From an uncultured Alphaproteobacteria bacterium (GTDB lineage Bacteria > Pseudomonadota > Alphaproteobacteria > Rhizobiales > Xanthobacteraceae), in the NCBI GenBank assembly GCA_963799475.1, contig CAWCXD010000006.1:17096-81095 (forward strand): a DNA stretch of 64,000 nucleotides, written 5' to 3'. Every line of letters starts with the position of its first letter. Position 1 is the stretch's first letter. The notes under the pieces were generated by a model, which saw only the letters and a program-made list of their open reading frames with translations, did not search any database and had not been told where the DNA came from. This document shows, piece by piece, positions 51,601 through 60,201 of this stretch. The position numbers were made by a program, and so were the translations under genes.

Positions 51601-52487
51601 TTGCCGCCGAAGCCCAGAAAGCCGCGTCCGGCGGACAAGGTGCGCCGCCCGCAGGCGGCTCCCAGCCACCGCCAAGCCAGCCGCCTAAGACCGAGGCCAA
51701 GCCGGAACAGCCGGCGCGTACGCCCCAGCAGAAGGAAAGCGACGAGATCGACAACGGCGCCAAGAAGCTCGAGAAGGCCCGCGAATATTTGCCGCCCAAG
51801 GAGCAGGAGCAGGTGAGGCAGCAGGTCGTCCAGCAAGATTGGGCGAAAGGCAAGAAGTGGACTGTCTCGCTCAATTCCGAGTGGCAGGGGACGGAGATTA
51901 CGAAAAAGCCGATGAAGGCATCCTATGTCGGCGAGATCTTCGTCGCGGGGGACGAATCCACCCTTCTCAATCCGACGCCCTACGCCTCCGACCAGATCGT
52001 CAAATGGGACAATGTGTTACTCAAGGGCGAGCCCGTCGGAATTTCGCTGATCGCATCCGAGATCGAGCCGTTCACCGATCAGTTCGCCGTCAACATTCCG
52101 GGAGTGACCATCGAGGGCTTCGCGCTGAAGGAGAAGACCTACCAGGTACCGTTGCGGTCGGTTGCCAGCAACTTCCCAACCGAGCTGCGCGCGAATGTGG
52201 ACGAGCTCAAGGTGCCGCAGGGCTCGACCGTGATCAGGCTTCGGGGCATCGCCGAGATCGCAAAGAAGTCAATCGAGATTACGCTTCAGTTCAACGAAAG
52301 CGGGGAGCTTTCAGGCGAACTGGCCCGCGAACTCAAGGCGTCGGCGGAACTGGAGAAGCTGCTCAGCCTCGGTATCTCGGCAACGTTGAAGGGGGGAGCA
52401 AAAGTCAACATTGGCGGTCAGCAGGGTATCAAAGGGACATTCGATATCCTCTATCTCGTGGGCTGGAAGGTCAGTCAGATCAGCTAG
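48669..52487 (+). CDS. Large (1272 aa) uncharacterised multidomain protein
   Basis: Long intact ORF, high-GC3 codon usage, AAAGGGG RBS; no family assignable with confidence. Confidence 0.85.
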   Translation: MPSLAPLPPTHLSIFVTDPENGNPVQRLPLYAEIAVPRITPPRPPADERVREPIRAALNTVDPSATGSVRSRVEAAALQSLGQALDDDSLESLLDLEKTRALFGQVFKEVLRAADAERMADIPVSKLPGLILAAIRELALRFELTLVDEAEETGTIWAEPLGVLATDHVGYASFDLTRLRPEVQLLLAEEIAARRDDPDAVLRLAIWIYPYGHKGRHDALAQARFAFDAIVARLEMVWHTLPPALINMGPRALQNPGLTDWRLSPASFAASPKSLIGEDGCEELVPASLALQQFVLRQVVRLGDAPAEFNLPAGAGYKAAYVDDYKVSWYSLGHSLGEILYSLPLAPGETVKLAVIDWSWDSLTERDETTKLTEELLHRTHRDRTISETVKAGVKELQKGSSFMGGAAGASGASGGANLGVLGLGAAVGNTWSLGGSTATSEGSRDLAAENVQRVNDSFAQASSAQREINSTVVIQARQEEKESIQTRTFSNYNHSHTLTILYYEVLRHYRVTVEWVRRRPAVLVKMRQKLPGVLTANTLLGRRYLLEPYLLDHKLASAFDAAARFALGEEKLKRETNKWGANTQTTDPGTKSFVKLIAQFNTTSDDTSEPVFVVLHLHDGRSFEFQCDGAGDEGISPEFEKLLPIPIAWNQIKGVEVKLKDINSGGAWEETNIVVTMLTATNEKVGIVADAATRTLDDDGTTGLLVAAPPPPATTTTVGPKPQRNDFISAEDDLALQSLIAHIDANRTYYNSVLALATDPNVIGIEFEGVVWPPTTMDDHVEPTPLDVFGSYVAYPLVKPMAAIDDAVVVDIAAALNGTDPAQRQRAAEQLAAMSDAERNSVLRRLPLASAKSEQLITLPTRGVFAEGKLGHCNVSEEIDNTRFWKWEEHPIPIQAPEIGTVTPVTPSPQDVSAAPTAFPQSLVNIVNPSPAPDPGGLGAALGVLATANIFRDMSGREQVADLLKTLSDNSVKIAEVAAEAQKAASGGQGAPPAGGSQPPPSQPPKTEAKPEQPARTPQQKESDEIDNGAKKLEKAREYLPPKEQEQVRQQVVQQDWAKGKKWTVSLNSEWQGTEITKKPMKASYVGEIFVAGDESTLLNPTPYASDQIVKWDNVLLKGEPVGISLIASEIEPFTDQFAVNIPGVTIEGFALKEKTYQVPLRSVASNFPTELRANVDELKVPQGSTVIRLRGIAEIAKKSIEITLQFNESGELSGELARELKASAELEKLLSLGISATLKGGAKVNIGGQQGIKGTFDILYLVGWKVSQIS

Positions 52488-52529
52488 TCCGCTTTCTGCT
52501 CTTTCCGGCGCGTAGGGCAGGGGTCTCCG

Positions 52530-53114
52530 ATGAAACGAGTTGCGATTTATCTCAAAGTCAGCACCGCTAAGCAGGACACCGACAACCAGCGGCGAGAGCT
52601 GGAGGCGGTGGCGGAGAGATCCGGCTGGGACGTAGTCCGTATCTACGAAGATGCTGGCATTTCGGGAGCCGAGGGAAGAGATAAACGACCTGGGCTCGAT
52701 TCTATGATGAGGGCGGTCAACGCAAACGGTTCGACATGGTCGCGGCTTGGTCGGTAGACCGGTTAGGTCGATCGCTGACCGATCTGCTTGGGATCTTGCA
52801 AGGTTTGCAGGACAAAGGCGTTGATCTTTTTCTGCATCAACAGGGGCTCGATACCTCGACCACCGCGGGTAAGGCGATGTTCCAGATGCTAGGCGTCTTT
52901 GCGGAATTTGAACGCGGCATAATTCGGGAACGCGTCAACGCCGGGCTGGCGCGGGCACGTCAAAATGGCACGAAGCTCGGCCGGCGAAGGTCAGCCGTCT
53001 GTCGAGGCGACGATCAGAGAGCTGCGAGCAAAAGGTGACGGCATCCTCAAGATCGCCAGGACTCTCGGCGTCGGCACCAGCGTTGTCCAAAGGGTGGTCT
53101 TGCAAACTGCCTGA
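52530..53114 (+). pseudogene. Serine recombinase (resolvase/invertase) with two frameshifts
   Basis: 'YLKVST', 'VDRLGRS', 'FAEFERGIIRERVNAGL', HTH 'ILKIARTLGVGTSVVQRV' spread over frames; shifts at ~52725 and ~52990. Confidence 0.88.
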
Positions 53115-53289
53115 CTCTCCGGAGAACGGCGTTGGGCGGCCGGTGTATCGGCGGCCGTCCAAATCTGGCTAATGAACCACCGCGTCAGATCTTGGGGGCG
53201 CAGCTATCACGAGCAGTCCCAGCTGGATGTCTTGAGAGGACTCCCAAAATATTAAAAAATCGAATAATTCCGTCCATTCGAGTTCGCGA

Positions 53290-53558
53290 TGCGTCAGTTG
53301 GGTGCGTCATGACTCACTGCGTCAATTAAATTGACGCGGTTGACGCACCAGTCCCGGCGAGTGGCAGTGGCTGGGCTGAATATGCCGTTTGCCTTCTCGC
53401 TGCGTCAAAACATTGCGTCGAAGAGTCACCGCGTCAACTAGATTTGGTTGTTGACGCACCTTTGCCTGTGTTGGAACGCCGTCAAACCGGACCTGTGATG
53501 CCTTTTTCATAGCGTTGCGTCCGAATGCCTGCATCAGTGGTTCAATTTCTATGACGCG
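53290..53558. repeat. Cluster of ~11 (T)GCGTC(A) motifs in both orientations
   Basis: Copies at ~53290, 53303, 53318, 53331, 53340, 53401, 53414, 53431, 53451, 53516, 53552. Confidence 0.75.
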
Positions 53559-53864
53559 CCCAAATGGAACTTAACAAAGCCTCAGGACCGGGGTCACGCC
53601 GGCTTGTCCTCTGAAACCCGGCATCAGTCCTCAGACTGATGAGGTTAGTGCTGCTATGGAAAGCCTTCATTGCTCCTGAAAAAAATGTCCAAACCAGCAA
53701 GATGGGGCTTCTGAGCAAGGATTGTTGATCCGCGCTTGTCCGCGGCAAGGGCGTCGTCGCGGGGCGCGAAGGCCAGTTGTTCCGGCGTTACTCCCAGATA
53801 CTGATTTCTTCTCATTACCTGCGCGGTCCTCAGGACGTCAAAGAGGTGCCGCTTACGCCAGCGC

Positions 53865-54386
53865 CTAAGTGAGCTTTAATGCCACATGCACGGTTTGCGG
53901 ATCTCGTCGCGGCGCGGGCTTGAAACCAAACTTTTCGAACACCTTCCGCATTGCGGTGTTTTCCGGCAGCACTTCTGCAGTCAATTCCTTCAATCGGGAA
54001 GCGCTCGCGATCTTGATCAGATGATGCATCAGGATCGAACCGATACCGCGCCCTTGCCAGGCATCGACCACGACGAACGCCATCTCGGCTTGCTGAGGTT
54101 CAAAGACGATATAGCGGCCACCGCCGACGATTGTTGGCTTATCATCCTCCTGCACGACAGCAACAAGCGCGACATGGTTAGTGAAGTCGACTTTCATGAA
54201 GAAGTTGCGTTCCTTTTCCGAAAACTCGCGTTTCATCACGAAGAAGCGACGCTGCAATGATTGGGCACCGGTTCGTTCAATGGCAGCGAACATGCCGGCC
54301 TCGTCCTCTGGCTTGAGCGCCCGGACTTCAAGGGAGGTACCATCGCGTAATTGTTGGCGCTCTGCATAGTGGGCGGTGTTCGACAT
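53865..54386 (-). CDS. GNAT N-acetyltransferase (protein-lysine acetyltransferase Pat GNAT-domain-like)
   Basis: 'AEMAFVVVDAWQGRGIG', 'VLPENTAM...FEKFGF'. Confidence 0.88.
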   Translation of the reverse strand: MSNTAHYAERQQLRDGTSLEVRALKPEDEAGMFAAIERTGAQSLQRRFFVMKREFSEKERNFFMKVDFTNHVALVAVVQEDDKPTIVGGGRYIVFEPQQAEMAFVVVDAWQGRGIGSILMHHLIKIASASRLKELTAEVLPENTAMRKVFEKFGFKPAPRRDPQTVHVALKLT

Positions 54387-54454
54387 CGGGCCTGTCTGGT
54401 GTGGCTTGGGAAGGAAAGCTGGGCTTAGAAGGCCGTGCCTGGTGGGCGGCGTGC

Positions 54455-54468
54455 TTGATCTGGATCAA
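54455..54468. promoter_or_regulatory. FNR/FixK box
   Basis: TTGATCTGGATCAA, a perfect TTGAT-N4-ATCAA, between divergent genes. Confidence 0.8.
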
Positions 54469-54535
54469 GAGGGGCGCACGAAGCTGCGGCGTAGCGTTGT
54501 TCCCAACGGTTAGGCCTCAGAATGAAAGCGCCGCC

Positions 54536-55633
54536 TTGAAAACTGTTCGCCAGCTTCTGTCCGGAGACGACATCATCCAGCTTGCGATCCGGCTCGGATT
54601 GCTGGCATTGTTGATCTATTGGACTTTCTTGGTCGTCCGGCCCTTTGTGCCGATCCTGGCCTGGAGCGTTGTACTCGTGGTTGCGCTCTATCCGCTCTTT
54701 GCCCGGTTCGCCAAGCTCCTGGGTGGTCGTCCAAGGTTGGCCGCGACCATTCTCACGGTCGTCAATCTCGGAATAGTCGTCGGACCGGCCACCTGGATCG
54801 GCTTGAGTGCGGTGGAGGGGGTGACGGCAATCGCGGCACAACTCGACGCCGGCGATCTCGTGGTTCCTTCGCCGCCAGACAGCATCAGGGAATGGCCGCT
54901 TGTCGGTGCGCCTCTCTACGAACTCTGGTCGCGCGCCTCAGAGAATCTGAGCACAGTATTGCGCGAAGTCGTATCTCTTCTGAAACCGCTAGCGGGGACG
55001 ATGCTCGCGCTGGCCGGTAATGCAGGGGTCGGGACGTTGAAGTTTCTGATTTCGGTCGCGGTGGCGGGCGCATTATTTGTCCACGGACCTCAACTTGCGA
55101 CGGCCACCAGGAGCTTCCTATCTCATGTCGTTCCCGAACGAAGTGAATACTTCTTGGAACTCGCGGCCGCCACCATTCGTGCGGTATCCCAGGGCGTCAT
55201 CGGCGTCGCTGTCCTGCAATCCTTGCTGGCCGGCATCGGCTTTAAGCTGGCCGGCATTCCAAGCGCGGGACTTCTGGCTCTTGCGGTGCTGGTGCTCGCT
55301 ATCATCCAGATTGGGGCTGCCATCGTTCTGTTTCCCGTCATCATCTGGGTTTGGTTAGTCAAGGATTTCACAACGGCGCTGCCGCTGACGCTTTTCCTCG
55401 TGGTCGTGGGGGTACTGGACAACGTCTTGAAACCGCTCGTGATGGGGCGCGGCCTGACCACGCCCTCGCTCGTGATCTTCATCGGGGTGATCGGAGGGAC
55501 GCTCGCGCACGGTATTGTGGGACTTTTCATCGGACCCATCATCCTTGCGGTAGCCTGGGAGTTGATGACTGCGTGGGTGCGTGAGGATCGATCCAGTCCC
55601 GTGCCGACGGCGGAACAATCGTCGAAATCTTGA
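54536..55633 (+). CDS. AI-2E family transporter
   Basis: Multi-TM; 'DNVLKP', 'GIVGLFIGPIILA'; probable TTG start. Confidence 0.88.
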   Translation: MKTVRQLLSGDDIIQLAIRLGLLALLIYWTFLVVRPFVPILAWSVVLVVALYPLFARFAKLLGGRPRLAATILTVVNLGIVVGPATWIGLSAVEGVTAIAAQLDAGDLVVPSPPDSIREWPLVGAPLYELWSRASENLSTVLREVVSLLKPLAGTMLALAGNAGVGTLKFLISVAVAGALFVHGPQLATATRSFLSHVVPERSEYFLELAAATIRAVSQGVIGVAVLQSLLAGIGFKLAGIPSAGLLALAVLVLAIIQIGAAIVLFPVIIWVWLVKDFTTALPLTLFLVVVGVLDNVLKPLVMGRGLTTPSLVIFIGVIGGTLAHGIVGLFIGPIILAVAWELMTAWVREDRSSPVPTAEQSSKS

Positions 55634-55684
55634 CAAGTCGGCCGCCGACGTCCGTTGACCTAGGAAAGAGCGCCGAGCCGTCAT

Positions 55685-56740
55685 TCAGTCGACGACGTGA
55701 TATCCACCGTCGATGTAGATGGTATCGCCCGTGATCAGCCGCGCGGCGTCGTGGGCCAGGAACGCGGTGGCGGCGCCGACGTCCTCAATGCTCACAAGGC
55801 TACGGGCAGGTGCCTTTGCCTTGGCTTTCTCGAGCAGCTTGTCGAACTCGGGAATACCAGATGCCGCGCGTGTTGCGAGAGGGCCGGGTGATATGGCGTG
55901 CACGCGAATTCCCTTGGGACCTAGCTCGGCGGATGCATAGCGCACGGCGCTCTCGAGCGCGGCTTTTGCTACGCCCATGATGTTGTAGTTCTTAACTACC
56001 GTCTGGCTGCCGTAATATGTCATGGTGAAAAGGGTGCCGCCCTTCTTCATCAACGGCTCAGCCAGATTCGCCATCCGGAGGAAAGTCCAACATGAGACCT
56101 GCATGGTGGTGAGAAAACCGTCAAGGGATACATCGACCACACGACCTTGCAGGGCATCCTTGGGTGAGAACGCGATCGAGTGCACGACAAAGTCGAGGCG
56201 ACCCCACTCGCGCGAGATCCGGTCGAACACGGCTTCGAGCTGCCCGGGAACACGGACGTCGAGGGGCATGACGATGTTCGATCCCAGTTCGCGAGCCAAC
56301 GGTTCGACGTGCTTTTTCGCTTTGTCGTTCAGATAGGTGACCGCAAGGTCAGCGCCAAAGGCACGGAACGCGGCGGCGCATCCCCACGCGATTGATTGCT
56401 CGTTCGCGATCCCGACAATCAGGCCTTTCTTGCCTTCGAGCAGCTTGGCTTTCACGGCAGGGATCAAGCGAGGCTTTCGCGGTCCCGTCTGGTCGATTGG
56501 TTCGCCTCGTAGGTATCGTTCGGCCGCCTGCTTCAGACTCGTAAAAGCCTGGCGTCGATCCTTGGCTTCGGCGGTCCGCGCGATCTCCCGGCCGTTGAGC
56601 ATCAATTGTCCTTCACCCCATGGCGCGACATTGATCTCAAATCGATCCGTGCCGACGGTTGCAAAGAACTGCTGGACGGTTGCGCCCTTGCCGACGGGCA
56701 GTTCCCTGTTCGGTTCCCAGGTGGCTGAGTTCAGTGTCAT
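55685..56740 (-). CDS. fabI: Enoyl-ACP reductase FabI with ~90-aa N-terminal extension
   Basis: 'GIANEQSIAWG', 'VHSIAF', 'YNIMGVAKAALE', 'IYIDGG'. Confidence 0.9.
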   Translation of the reverse strand: MTLNSATWEPNRELPVGKGATVQQFFATVGTDRFEINVAPWGEGQLMLNGREIARTAEAKDRRQAFTSLKQAAERYLRGEPIDQTGPRKPRLIPAVKAKLLEGKKGLIVGIANEQSIAWGCAAAFRAFGADLAVTYLNDKAKKHVEPLARELGSNIVMPLDVRVPGQLEAVFDRISREWGRLDFVVHSIAFSPKDALQGRVVDVSLDGFLTTMQVSCWTFLRMANLAEPLMKKGGTLFTMTYYGSQTVVKNYNIMGVAKAALESAVRYASAELGPKGIRVHAISPGPLATRAASGIPEFDKLLEKAKAKAPARSLVSIEDVGAATAFLAHDAARLITGDTIYIDGGYHVVD

Positions 56741-56776
56741 GATGACAATCCCATCAACGTTATGCGGCTGCGCTTT

Positions 56777-57721
56777 TCAGCTTGCGTCGAGACGCGTCTC
56801 ATCCGTTCTTTTCCGCAGGTACACAAACCAGTAAGCGGCTGCGACCATAACCGAGCCGCCCACGATGTTTCCGGCCGTGACTGGAACGAGATTGCAGATG
56901 AGATTGCTCCAGGTGAGATCGGGGAAGTCCGCCGGGGCCCGGTTCACTGATTTCCAGAACGACTCCGGCGCACCGGCCTTGATGAACAGCCCCATCGGAA
57001 TGAAGTAAGCATTCGCGATGCAGTGCTCGAACCCTGCCGCAGCGAAGGCCGCGATAGGCGGCACGGCGGTCACCACGCGATCGACGTTCGTTCTGGCGCT
57101 GTAGCACATCCAGACCGCAAGGCAGACGAGCGCATTGCACATGATGCCAAGCGTGAATGCCGGCAGGAACGGCAACGCGGCTTTGGCATTCGCCGTACTC
57201 AAGGCAGCCAGGCCAACGGCGCCGTCGCCGAAGGTATACTGGGTCGTAAAGAACATCAGGCCAGCCGTGAGAATAGCTCCGACGCAGTTGCCGGCCAGAA
57301 CCAGAGCCCAGTTGAACAGGATCGCAGACGTCGTCACCTTGCCGCTCGCCCAGGCCATTACAATCAGGTTGTTGCCGGTGAAGAGTTCTGCACCCGCAAT
57401 AATGACGGCGATGATGCCGACGCAGAAGGCAAGCCCGGCGAGCAGCCGGCCGATTCCGTAAGGGAAGACAGCGGATGAAGCGAGGGTGCCGTCCGCGGCG
57501 AACGTCGTCATCGTGCCTGCCGTGACAGTGGTGGCAAAGATTGCACCGAAGGCGACGAACGCGCCTGCGAGGACGCTCAGCACGAAGGACACCATCGGGT
57601 CCAGCGAGGCCCGCTTTATCCCGCTCTCTTCAGCCAGAATGGCCATCGCCGCGGGCATCACCGCCTCAAACGTCACGGTCTGTGGCGAGGGAGCTTTGAT
57701 GGGGGAAGCGGGCGTCTTCAT
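56777..57721 (-). CDS. focA: Formate/nitrite transporter
   Basis: 'GAELFTGN', 'GIMCNALVCLAVW', 'GFEHCIAN', 'GNIVGG'. Confidence 0.92.
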   Translation of the reverse strand: MKTPASPIKAPSPQTVTFEAVMPAAMAILAEESGIKRASLDPMVSFVLSVLAGAFVAFGAIFATTVTAGTMTTFAADGTLASSAVFPYGIGRLLAGLAFCVGIIAVIIAGAELFTGNNLIVMAWASGKVTTSAILFNWALVLAGNCVGAILTAGLMFFTTQYTFGDGAVGLAALSTANAKAALPFLPAFTLGIMCNALVCLAVWMCYSARTNVDRVVTAVPPIAAFAAAGFEHCIANAYFIPMGLFIKAGAPESFWKSVNRAPADFPDLTWSNLICNLVPVTAGNIVGGSVMVAAAYWFVYLRKRTDETRLDAS

Positions 57722-57728
57722 CGCGCGG

Positions 57729-59345
57729 CTATCCCGGAGGGTTGCCGATGGTCAAAAGGCCTACAATTTGCACGGCGATTACTTTCACGAGCGTCATCGA
57801 CGGGAAGATCATCGCGTAACCGATATCCGGACGTTCGGTCGGGGCCATCTTGGTCGAGTAGACAAGAATGGCAGGATTTCCCGTTGCGCCGGACGCCACG
57901 CCTACGAGGTCGTCGTAGGGAATTTTGAGCAGATAATGACCGACGACAAGCACGATGAGGACGGTCGTCAGCAGAACGGCGGCGCCAATGAATAGCATAG
58001 TCAGGCCGGATTCTGCGACGGTGCGAACGAACGGCTGTCCGGCATTGACGCCAACGGTGGCAAGGAAGATCGCAAGACCAAAGTTTCGTAGAACGATATT
58101 GGCCGGCAATGGCATGGTCCAAAGCATCGGGCCGGTACGGCGCAGTTTGCCCAAAATAAGAGCGACAATCAGCGGACCACCGCCGATGCCGAGCGTCACG
58201 ACGCCGAGGCCGGGAATGGGGATTGGGATGAGACCGAGAAGGAGGCCTAGGACCATTCCGACCCCGAGCGACACATAGCTGAATTCGGCAGCCGCCTTGA
58301 CGGTGTCGCCGAAGTGGCGGCGGATCTCCTCCTTCCGGTCGGGCGGCGTCAGCACGCCGACGCGATCACCGAATTCGAGCATCAGGTCAGGCGAGGGTAC
58401 TAGGTCGGCGTCGTAACGGCGAACATGCAACAGGTGCGTGGGGTAGCCGGCCGGCATCGGGAGCTTGGCAAGCGGTACGCCGACCACGTTGGCCTTTCCG
58501 ACAAAGACGCGGATGTAATCGAGATCGGCGCGGTCGCTCGCCAACCGACCCGGCTCGAGCTTGCCGAGCTGGGTGGCGGCCTTTGCGATCGCTTGTTCGG
58601 TCTCGGCCACGACCAGGAGAGCGTCGCCGGCGGACAGCACAGTATCCGGCGTGGGGACGACATTGTGATCACCCTTGCGAACCATGGTGACTTGCAGATC
58701 GACAAGCGTACCTGCCGACAGATCACCAAGGCGTTGACCGGCAAAGCTTTGCCCGATCGAAATCTCACCCATGTGGAAGCGCTGGGATTTGGGCGGAAAC
58801 TTCGGCTTCACGATACGTGTCATGAAGTAAATACAAAGGATCGGGCCGATGACGCCGAACGGGTAGGCGATGGAATAGCCGATCGACGGATCCTTGTTTT
58901 TGACCGTATCGAGCGCTGCCTGGAGCGTCGCTGTGCTTGTCATCGAACCGGCGTAGATGCCGAGCGTATGCCCGGCCTTGATACCGTAGATGTGGCCGAG
59001 GCCGAGAGCCACAAGAAGGCCCGCCAGGCAAGCGACCAACGCCAGCAGATTGTATTTCTGCCCGACACCCACCATGCCCTCAAAGAATTGGCGGCCGTAA
59101 AGAATACCGATTCCGTAGAGGAACATGATGAGGCCAGTCAGGCCGATCGGCCCGGTGATCTGGGCTTTCGGCGCGAATGCGCCAATGGCGAGACCAACGA
59201 ACAGTACGGCACCGACGCCGAGGGAAAATCCGCCGATGCTGATCTGGCCAACCAGGTAACCCAATCCGATCGCGAGGAAGGCCGTCAATATCGGTTGGCT
59301 TCCGAGGATCTCACGAGCTAAATCCAGCATGCCTGTCTCCCCCAT
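57729..59345 (-). CDS. AspT/YidE/YbjL antiporter family protein with TrkA-C domains (start may be 59330)
   Basis: Duplicated TM halves, 'GSMTSTATL', 'YSIAYPFG', 'GATGNPAIL'. Confidence 0.85.
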   Translation of the reverse strand: MGETGMLDLAREILGSQPILTAFLAIGLGYLVGQISIGGFSLGVGAVLFVGLAIGAFAPKAQITGPIGLTGLIMFLYGIGILYGRQFFEGMVGVGQKYNLLALVACLAGLLVALGLGHIYGIKAGHTLGIYAGSMTSTATLQAALDTVKNKDPSIGYSIAYPFGVIGPILCIYFMTRIVKPKFPPKSQRFHMGEISIGQSFAGQRLGDLSAGTLVDLQVTMVRKGDHNVVPTPDTVLSAGDALLVVAETEQAIAKAATQLGKLEPGRLASDRADLDYIRVFVGKANVVGVPLAKLPMPAGYPTHLLHVRRYDADLVPSPDLMLEFGDRVGVLTPPDRKEEIRRHFGDTVKAAAEFSYVSLGVGMVLGLLLGLIPIPIPGLGVVTLGIGGGPLIVALILGKLRRTGPMLWTMPLPANIVLRNFGLAIFLATVGVNAGQPFVRTVAESGLTMLFIGAAVLLTTVLIVLVVGHYLLKIPYDDLVGVASGATGNPAILVYSTKMAPTERPDIGYAMIFPSMTLVKVIAVQIVGLLTIGNPPG

Positions 59346-59361
59346 TTCGATTGCGGGCCCG

Positions 59362-60189
59362 TCAGCGTGCCTGACAGCCAGCGGATCGGAATTGCCCTAT
59401 GACCCTGTCGACCAGATCGCGGCTTGGTGTCGGGGTATCGAGGAGCTTGTACTCGAGACCCATGGCCTTCCATTTGAACAAGCCCATCTGGTGGAACGGT
59501 TGAACCTCGACCCATTCGACGTTTTTCATGGGCGCGACGAACCGGGCTATGCCGTCGACATTCGCTGGATCGTCGGTTTCGCCGGGAACAAGCGTGAAGC
59601 GGATCCAGGTTCGTTTCGATAATGAGGCGAGGCGCTCCGCGAAGCGTAGCGTCGGCGCGAGGTCGCGGCCGGTCACTCTGCGGTAGGTCGCGGGATCGGA
59701 ACTCTTGAAGTCAAGCAGAACAAGGTCGACGTTGGACAAATAGGGCTCGTCCACACGATCGCCCAGAAAGCCGGAGGTCTGGATCGCCGTGTGCAGGCCC
59801 ATCTCCTTTGCACCGGCAAATATCCGTCGCGTGAAGGCCATCTGCACCATGGGTTCACCGCCCGATATCGTCAGGCCGCCACCTAGATCGCGAATCACTG
59901 GCGCGAAGTCGCCCAGTCGGCTGAGAACCTGATCCACCGAGACGTAGGTGCCGTCCTTGAGATGCCATGTGTCGGGGTTGTGGCAGTAAGTACACCGAAG
60001 CAGGCAGCCCGATACGAACAGCACGACACGCAGCCCTGGTCCGTCGAAGCGCGACGACGTTTCGTATGAGTGGCAATAACCAAACGAGCCTTCCTCGTCC
60101 CTGACCTTGTCCTCATCAGGCGCGTCGGGCGAAAGTCCCACTCGGAGGTCATGGCGACTTCCGGGCTCAAGTGGATGCAAGGTCGACAT
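59362..60189 (-). CDS. pflA: Pyruvate formate-lyase activating enzyme
   Basis: 'DGPGLR', radical SAM 'GCLLRCTYCHNPDTW', 'SGGEP'. Confidence 0.95.
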   Translation of the reverse strand: MSTLHPLEPGSRHDLRVGLSPDAPDEDKVRDEEGSFGYCHSYETSSRFDGPGLRVVLFVSGCLLRCTYCHNPDTWHLKDGTYVSVDQVLSRLGDFAPVIRDLGGGLTISGGEPMVQMAFTRRIFAGAKEMGLHTAIQTSGFLGDRVDEPYLSNVDLVLLDFKSSDPATYRRVTGRDLAPTLRFAERLASLSKRTWIRFTLVPGETDDPANVDGIARFVAPMKNVEWVEVQPFHQMGLFKWKAMGLEYKLLDTPTPSRDLVDRVIGQFRSAGCQAR

Positions 60190-60201
60190 TTCGGACCCCG
60201 G

